This document shows positions 23,869 through 37,364 of a DNA stretch of 43,213 nt, one piece after another. The stretch comes from Octopus sinensis. Taxonomy: Eukaryota. The stretch spans positions 1-43,213 of the forward strand of contig NW_021835011.1 of assembly GCF_006345805.1 (NCBI RefSeq), read 5' to 3'. Each line of letters opens with the position of its first letter. The first letter of the stretch is position 1. The notes beneath the pieces were generated by a model, which worked only from the letters and a program-made list of their open reading frames with translations, ran no database searches and was not told the DNA's origin. Position numbers and translations under genes: made by a program.

Positions 23869-23982
23869 ACACGCGCGCACACACACATATTCACACACAT
23901 ATAAATATATAGGTTATATCAAATCTCTGGGCGAGATGTAAACAGTAGCAATACGGAATTGCAACATATATACTGACGTTTA

Positions 23983-24111
23983 TAGCCCCAGGAAGACATC
24001 TCTTCCAGCTGGCTAACGAGACACATCCTGTGTCCAATTAGAATTTGCGTGGGGAGGTCATCGCTCCCATCCCTATCCTTACGTGATACACACGGACTCG
24101 AGTTTCTGGGT
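23983..24111. mobile_element. Dispersed repeat family D
   Basis: Inverted match to 7788-7913. Confidence 0.65.
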
Positions 24112-24220
24112 GGTTACCCGTCCTCAGCGTGTGTTAATCGCCAGATAGTGATGAAAACTTACCCCAATCGCAAAGTAATATATATATATATAGATATATA
24201 CAAATACATACATACATACA

Positions 24221-24270
<50 letters not shown>

Positions 24271-24419
24271 GATATATTAATATATGTATGTCTGTATTCA
24301 AATATTAATTATAATAAAAGGATAAAATCACTAATAATTTTACCAGGTAGTCATTGCAGAAATAAAAACCTCATAGGTTAATTTTACAAAATATTTTATA
24401 ATTATATACATAATTATAA

Positions 24420-25505
24420 CAAGGAACCGGCTTTACGCCTCACCACGCACTGCAAATAATAGACGCTAAAGCCCTATTATCACCTTCAAATCTCCTGGAA
24501 TTAGACACTATATTATAGGCAAGCAAAAAAAAAATAATGAATCAACAAGGTTGGTTTTCGCAGTTCTTCGATATTTATTGCTTTGGCACGTTCTATTCCT
24601 TTGTGTATTAGTATTAATAGATATTGTCTTTTAAGTAGTACTTGTTTTAGTTCCTGGAGTCTTTTATTGCGAGTTTCAGGGTTTGAGACTGTTGTGCAGA
24701 TTCTTCTTGCTAGATTAAAGGATATATCATTCTTTGTGTGTTTGGGACGGCATGAGGCGAACAGCAAGTATTGTTGAGAATCTGTTTGTAGTGAATATAG
24801 GTTTCAATGTTTTTATCTCTTTTGGTGATTAGTATATCCAGGAATGGTAGAGTTTTACTGTGAAATTAATATTATTGTTTATGCTGTTCATTAGACTTTT
24901 TAAAATTTATAAGTTGTTCAAATGCGTGCCTCCATAGGATTAGACAGTCATCTAAGTAATGTTCCAGTTTTCCAGTTTTCTAGTAGATATTTGGGGAATT
25001 TCGAGCCATATATTAATTTAGATTGTTCATGTATCTGGACCTCCATGTATACCATGACTACATTGGCGTAAGTCGGAGCAACTTTTGTTTCATTGCAGTG
25101 CTAGATTTTTGTAAGTATTTCCACCGAAGTCAAAAAATTGTTTTCGAGGATAAAGTTTAATCCTTCAGTGATGAAACTCTTTTTTCTGTCTGGAATTTCA
25201 TGCAGGAATTCCTCAAACCAGAAATTTATTGCCATTAGTCCATATTGGTGAGGGATTTGGTTTGCAGGATTCTTGATAATGACATTCAAATGATACAACA
25301 AAATATCTGAAACTACATACCTGAAGTCGGCTGATGAGGTTTGAAAAGATACAATAGTGGTTCAACAAGTCCAGATCGTCCTTCACAATATTTAGTATTT
25401 ACTTTGAAATAGGTTTCAGTAATATATCTATAAAGTTGCTGAGTCTGCGTGTTTCACAGTTCGGGCCTGCTATGACTGGTCTAGATCTAAGGTCGGTGGG
25501 ATATT
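24420..25505 (-). mobile_element. Penelope-like element, decayed RT and 3' terminal repeat remnant
   Basis: LRPVIAGPNCETRRLSNFIDILLKP; VSFDV.SLY.NIPH..GL.AI.FW; FI.EGLNFILENNF; TAM.TKVAPTYANVVM; YLDDC at 24944-24958; LPFLDILI; YLLFASCRPKHTKNDISFNLARRIC...RLQELK, typical of PLE RTs; many frameshifts. Confidence 0.88.
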
Positions 25506-26339
25506 ATAGGTTTATGCAACTTGAAGTTGTGTATGTGCGTGTGTGTGTCTGTGTGTGTGTGAGTGTGTATTATAGGTGTATATGTATAGACAGAAAATTG
25601 AATTAACGAGAACTTTTATTCAAAATCACTCCAATTGTCTCGTCGTATTCTCGCATCAGTAGTACATAGGTGAGATATTGTGCCGTTAATTATCTTACAT
25701 CATAAGTGCAGAATGTTTAATTTCAGGTGACTGTTTAATCAATTCTTGTAGTTTTGAATAACGGATCTCGTTAATTACATTTTCTGTTTGATCTATTTAT
25801 ATATACTTTGGAATTCCTGAAGTATGTCTATTTGCATATGCATCTCTACTGTATCATGACATCAAGTAGTCAATAATTGTGGACGAGCACAGCACTCTAC
25901 AAGGTTTTTACCTGAATTTCACTTAACTGTGTGTGTGCGTATGTGTGAGTGTGTCTGTGTGTTTGCGTGTGCGCGCGTGTGTGTGTGAGTGAGTATGTGT
26001 GTTTGTCTGTGCGTTTGTGTGTGATCAAAGACATTCTAGCTATGAACATCTCGTTTGATCACTGCAAGTTTAAATAACCCCGGATTACAATATTTAATGC
26101 GTTTTTGTTTAAGGTGATAGTGTGCAGTTTAAGAAAAAATTTGGCTGTTATCTCGAGGAAAATGAATAACCACGTAGAGTCTGTTCCTTCTGTTAACTTG
26201 AGTGTTTGTTGAGTGTTTTTGTGCACATGCGCAAGTGTATACGAGAGTTTAGATGGAAGAAACTCGTGAAACCTGTGAATACTTGTACTGCAGTAAACAA
26301 TGGTGGTTGGATGAGGTCTTGAAGCCGCAGAATTTTATT

Positions 26340-26690
26340 CATAGATTGATCGATGGATGATTGGACCGACAGATAAATTCATCAGTTGGTGTGATTCTCT
26401 GAGGAATTTCACTACAATATAGTGGAGTATCCATAGGTTCAAAGATGGGTCTTAATTCTACCAATTTGATTGTTACCTTCAAGCTCAAAATTTGATTCGC
26501 TTCACCCACAGCTAACCGATTGCTACATCGGTGTCTGTATCGTCGAAGAGTTCCATCTGTGTTCTCTTTTTAACCACAACCACTTTGAACTGGTCTCAGT
26601 TACCATGCTTAGCTCCCAAGCGGTCTTTTCTTCGGTTGTTTTGGCTTTGAAACTAATCTTCTGCAAAAAAACAGCACACTAATTTTGTTG
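26340..26690 (-). mobile_element. Possible N-terminal part of the same Penelope-like ORF
   Basis: Weak motifs TTEEKTAWEL, MELFDDTDT, LRPIF.P..TPLY in the expected order and orientation. Confidence 0.3.
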
Positions 26691-26864
26691 GGAAACTTCA
26701 TCAGCCGTCTTCAGGAATGTAGTTTCAGATATTTTGTTGTATCATTTGAATGTCATTATCAAGAGTCCTGTAAACCAAATATACAAAAATTATAGTTATA
26801 TTTGGGGACGGTTATTTTAATTTTTTTTGTCAATTAAAATAAGTATATACTTGGACTTCAACTT

Positions 26865-26880
26865 TTATTATTATTATTAC

Positions 26881-26915
<35 letters not shown>

Positions 26916-27025
26916 TATTATTATTATTATTATTATTATCATTATTATTATTTTATTATTATTATTTATTATTACTATTATTACTATTATTATTATTATT
27001 ATTACTATTATTATTATTATCATTA
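26865..27025. repeat. (TTA)n microsatellite
   Basis: Directly visible. Confidence 0.95.
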
Positions 27026-27197
27026 TAACAGTAAACGTGTTAGGGTAGTGATGTCTGCGAACGGCTTTCGATATTGACGGCATAGTTAAGCAGTCAAATA
27101 CCAGAAGAGAGGTATGAGTGTCTCAGCTTCTCATAAGTCTCACAATGTAGTCTTCTTTATATCTGAAGATCGACATCAGTGTTGGAATTGAAATAAC

Positions 27198-27198
27198 G

Positions 27199-27275
<77 letters not shown>

Positions 27276-27292
27276 TGTTGTAGTAGTAGTAG
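27198..27292. repeat. (GTA)n microsatellite
   Basis: Directly visible. Confidence 0.95.
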
Positions 27293-27359
27293 ACGATATA
27301 TTACAACCAGCTGTTGACAGAGTTACTTAATTCATAATACACGCGTGTTCATAAATTCC

Positions 27360-28700
<1,341 letters not shown>

Positions 28701-29289
28701 ACACACGTATAATTTTACTTTCGTTTTGCACTGCATGACATTCCGTCATCATTTCTGTCGATCAATATTTGACGCTATCATCCTGGAATGTCCAAGTTCT
28801 ATTTTGGCCTACGTCGTAGCACGATCTTTTATTCGTTCTGTCATCCATATAGCCGACTTAGCAATCATGGTCAGCTGTAACATATCGGCTTCGACGTTTC
28901 TCTCTCAGGTACGTCTGTCATATCTATAGTTCACTCTTCTCCGTTTACACCATCCCAGATCGCAAACCGCAGCACCTCATTTTGTCCGTTATTTTTTCCC
29001 TAATTCATCATTGATTTTCTCACAATCCACGTTTTCTCGTTACTCTTAATGGAGATGCTACAAAACTTGGGTGGTACCCTCTCACAAACAAAAACGAAAA
29101 GCAATGTTTTTGCTTCAGTTTTTTAGAAGAGTGAAATATTTGAGAAGGCATTGTTTTGTTAGCTTCTTACCTCCATTTTATTTATTTATTTTTTTTTTTT
29201 GAAGAGTGACAAATCACAGCGAGTTCCGGTTTATTACTAAAACAATGTCATTAGCGAAATTGATGCCAAAACAATGTTGAAAATCCTCT

Positions 29290-29639
29290 CTTCGTCGTCG
29301 TTGTCTTCATCATTGCCGTCATCGTAGTGTTTCACCACCATCACTACAACCACCACCACCACCACCATCAACAATAACAAAACTAACGCCATAATCATCG
29401 TCCCCTCCTCGTCACCATTATAACCACTACAACCACCATCATTACCACAATCACCAGCAAAAACAATTAAAAGCAAAACGTCATCATCTTCGCCATCTTC
29501 ATCATCATCATCACCACCACCACCACCACCACCACAATCATCATCATTGTCTTTACAATGGTGGCTGTCACTGCAAATAACACTACCATCCTCATCATCA
29601 TTACCAATAACAACACTGTCATCATCATCATCATCATCG

Positions 29640-29678
<39 letters not shown>

Positions 29679-30180
29679 CTGTTACTACCATCATCACCAC
29701 CACCGACCACTACAACACTTCAATCGAAAATGGCGAAACGATCACACCTCGCCCTCGCCACCACCACAACCACCACCACCACCACCACTATTGTAAACTT
29801 TCGTGAAATCAACTAAAATTACTGTAATAACCATCATTAAAGCCATCATCACCATCATCCTTTTCATCATCATCATCATCATCTCCATCACCAACACAGA
29901 TACTGTCACGATCAGTCTCTACTTCATCATCGATTTAATGTAGTTGTTGCTTATTGCTGCTGTTTTCTTCTTTTCCATAGTTTCCTTCTCTTTCTCCTTC
30001 TTCTCCTTTTCTTTCTTAGTTTTTCTTCTTCTCCTCCTCCTTCTCTTTCTCCCCCTTTTCCTTCTTCTCCCTTCTCATATATACAATTTCTGTTCAAAGC
30101 CCCCATACAGACTTACACATAAACCACCATCATCATCACCGTTATCAGCACCACCACCAACAAAGTCATCATCATCATCA

Positions 30181-30212
<32 letters not shown>

Positions 30213-30310
30213 GTCGTTGTCCTCATCCTCCCTATCCCATTCTTCTATTCCTCCTCCGCCCCTATTTCTCCGGCTTACTCCCTTCCATCCCATCCACTAA
30301 CAACCACCTC
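29290..30310. repeat. (CAT)n/(CAC)n/(CGT)n and CT-rich low-complexity region
   Basis: Directly visible; source of the poly-D/S/I/M ORFs. Confidence 0.9.
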
Positions 30311-30477
30311 GCCTCCGCTAACCACCCTTTTCCAATATTAATGGAAGTCAATTTGAAGAAGAATGTAAATGGAACCTAGCCCTCCCTCTCCTAGACTCCA
30401 ACATACATTCACAAACACACATGCATAAGCAAACACATACACACACGCGCGCGCGCGATGTTTGTGTGTGTGAGTGT

Positions 30478-30516
<39 letters not shown>

Positions 30517-31758
30517 TATGTATGCATATATACATATCTGTACAAAATCCCTATACAGACATACACATAAATGCCCACATACATATGTATATATATAAAT
30601 ATGTGTGTGTGTGTGTGTGTGTGTTTCTAGTGTTGGAAGCGGTGTGTACAGATAATGTATAGAGAAAAAGAAGGCAGTCAGAATTTTTGATAATTCCTTA
30701 TTAGCGCTTTCCTTCGTTTGTCGAACTCGTCAAGACAAAATCAAAATGGTAAAAACAGAACGTTTCGTTGTTCATTTATAGAATCGGATGTTCTTTCGCT
30801 TTGTTTAGGAAAGGAGAAAAATATTTTTGCTTGTTTAAGAAAATGAGGGAAGAGAGAAACAAAAGCAAATACGGGGGAGAAAATAGACAGAGAGGGGGGA
30901 GAGAGAGAAGGGGGAGAAAGAGGGAGAGAGAGAAGGCGGTTTCTCTTCAATCTGACGTGGTCAACTCATTGAAATTTCATTACAAAGTGTTTCTCTTTTC
31001 CTCTTTTCTCCCCTTTTTCTCTTCCTCCTTTTTCCCTTCTCATTTATACCCATCATTATATTTGTAAATAAACACATTTTCTCACAAGGGCTGGTGACCT
31101 TTCAAGATGTCAATTTTAGGAAGTGGGGAAGGAAAGATAAGAAATTAGAGGAGGATGCGGTCATCAATAAAAAATATTAAAAAAGAGTTCAAAGTCCTAT
31201 GAAAATGTATATAACTTTACACTTTGTGTAGTCAAATCCCATATTCTGTTTCAGTCCATGTTTTACACGAACAAACATTAAATATTCATAAATTAGGAAA
31301 ATAAAGTCAGAATATAAAAAAAATAATTTGAATTCGGTACTATTTAAAATTCAATCTATTCTCTATGTACATCTAATCAAATATCATAAATGACTTTTGT
31401 AATAACATGTATGTTGCATATTTAGCTGGAAGCCACTGTATAGAATATAAATAATATAACAAAGCAGGGCCTACTTAAATATATTTTTTTGAGTATCTTT
31501 CATCCTTTTGTAGGATATATTTTCTTGTTTGCTTGGATAAAATAATTCAAAAGGGATCCTTTTCACGAATTGCTTCGCCAAGTAGCTACATTAGACATCT
31601 TTCCTAATTAGTGGTAAGATGGTTCTAGTGTTCTTTCTCGGTAATTTCTGTAAGAACAACAGTTGTCAAAGGAGCTGGGCCACAAGTTTAAAGCATATTT
31701 TTGTCTGAATGCACAATATTCTTAATGGTCAACAATAGTCTTCCTTGGCCACAAATGG

Positions 31759-31795
<37 letters not shown>

Positions 31796-31802
31796 CAGTA
31801 GC

Positions 31803-31850
<48 letters not shown>
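31759..31850. repeat. (CAG)n-(TAG)n compound microsatellite
   Basis: Directly visible. Confidence 0.95.
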
Positions 31851-31853
<3 letters not shown>

Positions 31854-31984
31854 CGGGATGTTGATGGTTTCTGTATTCTGCCCCGAGCGTTGCGCAGACA
31901 CAAGCAAGGTAACACAACGAGAATTCGTATCTGCAAAAGCAGCAACAACAATAACGACAAAAGTATACAACAGCAAGTGTACAG

Positions 31985-32164
31985 ATTGTTTCCCAGTCAG
32001 GCACAAGACCAGCAATTCCGAGAGGAAGGGTATGTTATAGACCCCAGTTTTTCGTTGATACATATTGCATCGGCCCCTGAAAGGATGAAATATAAAGTCA
32101 GTTCGGTGGAATTTGAACTCAGGTATTTTGCCTGAGGTGCTAACAATTCCGCCAGCTCGTCGCC

Positions 32165-32165
<1 letters not shown>
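31985..32165 (-). mobile_element. SINE family B
   Basis: AGGCACAAGACC tail, GAAAGGATGAAA..AAAGTC..GGAATTTGAACTCAG core, CCAGCTCGTCGCC head; abuts (TAA)n. Confidence 0.8.
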
Positions 32166-32215
<50 letters not shown>

Positions 32216-32218
<3 letters not shown>

Positions 32219-32679
32219 TTGTTATATTTCGGAATGGTCATTTTGCCAGTTTAGCCAATAAAAACACATGCACTATATATTTGGTGTTACTTTGCTTCAG
32301 TGTTATTTATTTTTTACATTAATCTTAATCTTATTTCGGCCAGAGTTCTTTCGTCACACTCCTGTGACCGCATCAGTGGTCCTTTGTTTTCTTCTCACTT
32401 ATTTGTGTCTCTCCTTACTAACCGTCAGCCATCAACATCCCGACCACTACTACTACTACAAAATGGCTGACGGTTAGTAAGGAGAGACACAAATAAGTGA
32501 GAAGAAAACAAAGGACCACTGATGCGGTCACAGGAGTGTGACGAAAGAACTCTGGCCGAAATAAGATTAAGATTAATGTAAAAAATAAATAACACTGAAG
32601 CAAAGTAACACCAAATATATAGTGCGTGTGTTTTTATTGGCTAAACTGGCAAAATGACCATTCCGAAATATAACAATAT
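32216..32679. repeat. Near-perfect inverted repeat: 217-bp arms (32216-32432, 32463-32679), 30-nt spacer; probably Penelope terminal-repeat derived
   Basis: Arms are reverse complements except T32269/G32626; arm 2 carries a hammerhead-like motif and AATAAA. Confidence 0.95.
32513..32557 (+). ncRNA. Hammerhead-like motif in palindrome arm (mirror copy 32338-32382 on the - strand)
   Basis: Stem I GG(A)CCA/TGGCC, core CTGATGC(G) (A9 changed to C, extra nt), stem II GTCAC/GTGAC, GAAA, mini stem III AG-aa-CT, CTC triplet. Confidence 0.4.
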
Positions 32680-32729
32680 CTGTTTCAACACACGACTTCA
32701 CATAAAAAATCTTGCACAACAAATATTTA

Positions 32730-33158
32730 AACGTAATAATAATAATGATTTCTTTTATTTACCACCAGGGCGAAGGATGGGGATGACAATACAAAGACAA
32801 ACATAAAGTGTGGGGATTTACATACAATGGAATGATTAAAAATAAAAATAAAGAGAAAAGTATACACGGAATAACAATACAAAGAGTGAAGTATATGTAG
32901 TATACGACAGTAAGGGAGGGGGAAAAAAGATGATAGTGATGTGGCCCTCCTGTTACAGGAGGACTTCTAGGGATAATCTAGGAACCCCACCTTCCAAGAC
33001 CTCCCTGAATACCAAGGACAAGTGCCCTCTCCAAATTCAGGTCTACACTTAGAGCAGTACCATACTCTTACCATTTTCGCAACTTTCACCAACCTTTTAA
33101 TAAAGTCACACGAGGAACGCACTTCCCTCTCCATCCTCACCTTCCTTTTCAAGTGAAA
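32730..33158 (-). mobile_element. Tx1/L1-like LINE 3' end (5'-truncated) with AATAAA and (ATT)n tail
   Basis: FHLKRKVRMEREVRSSCDFIKRLVKVAKMVRV resembles L1/Tx1-clade ORF2 C-termini; 3' UTR with hairpin 32946-32962 and tail GCCCTGGTGGTAAATAAAAGAAATCATTATT. The clade call rests on a short peptide. Confidence 0.55.
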
Positions 33159-33159
33159 C

Positions 33160-34782
33160 GTGTCCCCATTGATATTCGTGCTGGGAATGATCCCCTAGAG
33201 TGAAATACTACAGAAAACAAAGTTGGGATATGATCTGGGAAGAGGTATGGGAAAACTAAACCACTTGCTATTCATGGACGAACTGAAGCTATTCACAAAA
33301 ATTGAGGCAGAACTGGACAGCCAAGTCCAATCTGGGCGGATTTTCTCCAATGATATTAAGATGGAATTTGAACTCTGAAAATGTACTGCGACGGTGATGA
33401 GACGAGGAAAGCTTGCCAGGACAGAAAGCATATAATTTTCAAGTGGTGAATCTCAGTCCAGCTATAAATACCGGGGAATACTTGAGGCAGATGAAATCAA
33501 AACACCACGACATGAAAGAAAAGACAAAAAGAGAGTACCTGCGGTGAGTGAGAAAAATTTTGGCTTCAAAGTTAAATGCCAGAAACATAATTTCGGCAAT
33601 AAACTCGCTCGCAGTTGCAGTGGTTCGGTATGATGCTAGAATCCTGAATTGGACAGAGGAGGAACTAAAGGAGATGGGCAGGAAGTAAAGAAAGCTCCAA
33701 AAAATGAATGGAGCCCATCATCTACTGATCGCCTATACACGAAGAAAGCAGTTGGAGGAAGGGAACTGATAAGTGTGGAAGACTGCGTGTGTATCTAATT
33801 CGAGAGCTTAATGATATACCAAGCCCAAAGTAAGGAAACTTCGCTAGTGACAGTTAGGAACGAGGGAGCATTGAGAGCAGAGAAAAGTGGGTAAACAAAG
33901 GAAGAAGTACAAAAAGGACATGAAAAAGAATTACGCAAGGAGGGTCTACACAATCAATTCCATGTAGCCACAACGGAAATTTCTGGAAAATTTAGATGGG
34001 ATTGACTGATGAAAGGAACCTTAAAAAAAGAGAGCACTATACTGGCGGAACAAGACCAAGAATTGGAGGGTCAATCTGAGTAATGACCAAGTATCTCCGC
34101 TGTGCTGCATCTGCAATAGAGCGGATGAAACTATTTCCCACATCACGAACGAATGCTCTAGACTTGATCAAAACCACTACAAGTTGTGGTGACGTGACCA
34201 GGTAGCGAAAGTGCTACATTGGAAACTGCGATAAGTGGGTGCTAGGGAGAGACAAGACATGGTATGAACACAAACCGCAGGGAGTGACTAGAAAATTCCT
34301 CTGGGATTTCCCAATCCAAACAGCTCAGGTGCTACAGCATAACAGGTCGGACCTAATGGTGGTGGACAAGGTGCACCACATATGCTATATAGTTGATGTT
34401 GCACGCCCCTTTAACCGACGAATAGTCAAGAAGGAAGGTGAAAAGATAGATTGATACAACCATCTTAAGTACGAAATAGCCCGCCTTTGGAAAATAAAAA
34501 AAAAGATGAAGATAGTGCCAATTATTGTTGGTTCTTTGGAAAAAGTATCAGAGGGCAACAAGAAGAATATAAAGGGAATTAGAATAGAGTGTCCAGTAGA
34601 ACTGTTACGAAAGGTTTGCCTCCTTGGCACGGTCAGTATAATCAGGAAAGTATTAGCTAAAAAGAACGAATAGCATGGTATCGTGGGCTGCAGGTAGTAA
34701 GCCCGTAACACATGCAAGACTCCAGGAGCTCCGACAAAACCTGTGATAAAGAGAACATAATAATAATAATGATAATAATAAT
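33160..34782 (+). mobile_element. R4/Dong-type (RLE) non-LTR retrotransposon, 5'-truncated, (TAA)n tail
   Basis: SPLIFVLGMIP; KLNHLLFMDELKLF (RT motif); YKYRGILE; KLNARNIISAIN; DRLYTKK..GGRELISVEDC; CCICNRADETISHITNEC knuckle; WDFPIQT..VLQHNRSDLMVVDK....YIVDVA endonuclease; ORF ends ~34673; TAA repeats from ~34757. Confidence 0.92.
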
Positions 34783-34785
34783 TTA

Positions 34786-34827
<42 letters not shown>

Positions 34828-34829
<2 letters not shown>

Positions 34830-35005
34830 TCCACTATAGGCACAAGGCCTGAAATTTGAGGGAGGAGACTAGTCAATTACATCGACACTAGTGCGCAACT
34901 GGTAGTTAATTTATCGACCCCGAAAGGATGAAAGGTAAAGTCGACCTCGACAGAATTTGAACTCGAAACGTAAAGACGGATGAAATGCTGTTAAGCATGT
35001 CGTCC
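34828..35005 (-). mobile_element. SINE family B, tail-to-tail with the R4/Dong LINE
   Basis: TATAGGCACAAGGCCTG tail, family core. Confidence 0.85.
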
Positions 35006-35169
35006 AATAATTTTGACAATTACTTTTAGTGACCCACGGAAGGTTGAAAGGGGCAAAGTTGACTTTGGTGGAGTTTGAACCCATCTTTTACCGACGCTTT
35101 AATGATGATGATAATGAGGAGGAAGATTTCTTTTATCGGCCACGTTGGCCCAAGACATTGAGTTCAATA

Positions 35170-35665
35170 TAAAAGGACGAAAACAACGATGACACTAACA
35201 GCAGGATATATAACAAGAACAGCGACGATAGCAACAAGAACAAGAACAACAATAATAACAACAGCAATAGCACCAAGAATAACAACAACAGCAGCAGCAG
35301 CAATATCAATAATAGTAACTGCAGCAACGCCCATGATGGTGATGACGATGACGATGACGATGACCAAGACGACGTGAATAAGATTAGCAGGTGAAGGAGC
35401 CGCAATGTCAACAGCTGCACCAACAATAGTAGTAGCAGCAGCACTTGTATGGCATTATGTGCAGCAGCAGCAACAACAGAAGCAGCAACTGTAGTATTAA
35501 TGTAGCAACAACAGCAACACCAACAGCAGCAGTAGTGACAACAACAACATCAACAAGGCAGCACCGGCTGCAGATATAGTGTGTTAAAAACAGCAGCGAA
35601 AAGCTCTGCATTGACAGCAACAGCAGCAACAACAGCAGAAGCAACACTTGTAGTATTAATATACT
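35170..35665. repeat. (CAA/CAG/GAT)n low-complexity block
   Basis: Directly visible. Confidence 0.85.
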
Positions 35666-35743
35666 TGACGTAGTGGTTATCCTTGCCGTGGAGCTCGATT
35701 CCTGGACAAGGTTGCGCATTGTGTCATTGACAGAAGCACTATA

Positions 35744-35914
35744 GGCGCAGGAGTGGCTGTGTGGTAAGTAGCTTGCTTATGAACTTCATGGTTCCGGGTT
35801 CAGTCCCACTGCGTGGCATCTTGGGCAAATGTCTTCTACTATAGCCTCGGGCCGACCAAAGCCTTGTGAGTGGATTTGGTAGACGGAAACTGAAAGAAGC
35901 CTGTCGTATGTATG

Positions 35915-35967
<53 letters not shown>

Positions 35968-36187
35968 GTGTGTGTTTGTGTGTATGTGTTTGTCCCTCTA
36001 GCATTGCTTGACAACCGATGCCGGTGTGTTTACGTCCCTGTCACTTAGCGGTTCGGCAAAAAAGAGACCGATAGAATAAGTACTGGGCTTACAAAGAATA
36101 AGTCCCGGGGTCGATTTGCTCGACTAAAGGCGGTGCTCCAGCATGGCCACAGTCAAATGACTGAAACAAGTAAAAGTAAAAGTAAGT
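35744..36187 (+). mobile_element. SINE family A, full length, best-preserved copy
   Basis: GGCGCAGGAGTGGCTGTGTGGTAAG head, GGTTCAGTCCC B box, internal (TA)n(TG)n, tail (GTAAAA)n. Confidence 0.92.
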
Positions 36188-36880
36188 ATATCACGTTGCA
36201 CCAACCGACACAGCTTTAAATTAGAACCACTCCTTGCTGGTGCAGCCGTCTCTCTTCTCGATATTCCATCCTTGATTAAGTTGTCGCATCATCGATATCC
36301 CGCCGAAGGCGAAAGGACTGAGAGTATGTCTATATCTGCTGTCACAATAATATAAAGTATCGGATTGGTAGAAACGTTAGAGGGTCGGGCGGGTTGTGCT
36401 GTACAATTAGCTCCGGCATCTTTCGTTCTGCTTTCAATTCCTGCAGAAGTTAGCTTTTATCTCTCTGTGGGTGACAAGCAAAGAATCATTCTCCGATGGT
36501 GAACTGTCGGCGTGGAAGGGCATACCTAGTGATATTCATTCTGGTTCCTTTCATTCTGATTTCAGTTCTCACTGACGTAAAGTTTTGCCTTTCACTTTCC
36601 TACAGACGATAAAAAGTGCCAATTTAGGACTGGGAACTGGCAAAATTGTGAGAGCGCCGGGCAGAAGTACCTTGTTCAACATCACCTGCTTGGGTGATAA
36701 ATTTCATATGTCACCCGGTTGAACGTCAACACCATCGCTACATGGCATCTGAGGTGTCTTTTGTAGTGTCCCTTCTGATGGAACAGAAAAGGGTCACTGA
36801 CCTACCCCCCATGCACCCCACACCTCGCGATGGAAAAATAAAATGAAATTCAATAACAACAGCAGCAATAGAGGTTACAT

Positions 36881-37078
36881 TTATCTTTCATCTTTTACTT
36901 GCTTCAGTCATCGGATTCAGCTCATGCTGGAGCACCGGCTTGAAGAGCTTTTAGCCGAACAAATCGAGCCCTGTACTTGTTTTTCAAGACTTTTATTTAT
37001 TCCATCGCTTTCTGTTGCTGAACCGCTAAGTTACGGGGTCGTAAACAAAGACACATAGACACCACACACACACACACA

Positions 37079-37110
<32 letters not shown>

Positions 37111-37120
37111 ACACACACAT

Positions 37121-37157
<37 letters not shown>

Positions 37158-37360
37158 ATATATATATATATATATTATATATATATATGCATATATATAT
37201 ATACATGACAGGTTTACACATAGTCTCTATCAAATTCGCTCACAAAGCATTAGTCGACCCGGGGCTTTAGTAAGAGACACTCCCTTAAGGTGCTACGCAG
37301 TGGGACTGAACCCGAAATCGCATGCTTGCAAAGCGAGCTTCTTAACCACACAGCCAAGCC
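36881..37360 (-). mobile_element. SINE family A with expanded internal microsatellite
   Basis: 3' half 36881-37050, (CA)n(TA)n ~37050-37205, head 37210-37360. Confidence 0.8.
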
Positions 37361-37364
37361 GAAA

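Noticed and set aside
29237-30300. Poly-D/S/I/M ORFs
   Set aside because: (CAT)n/(CAC)n slippage repeats open on both strands.
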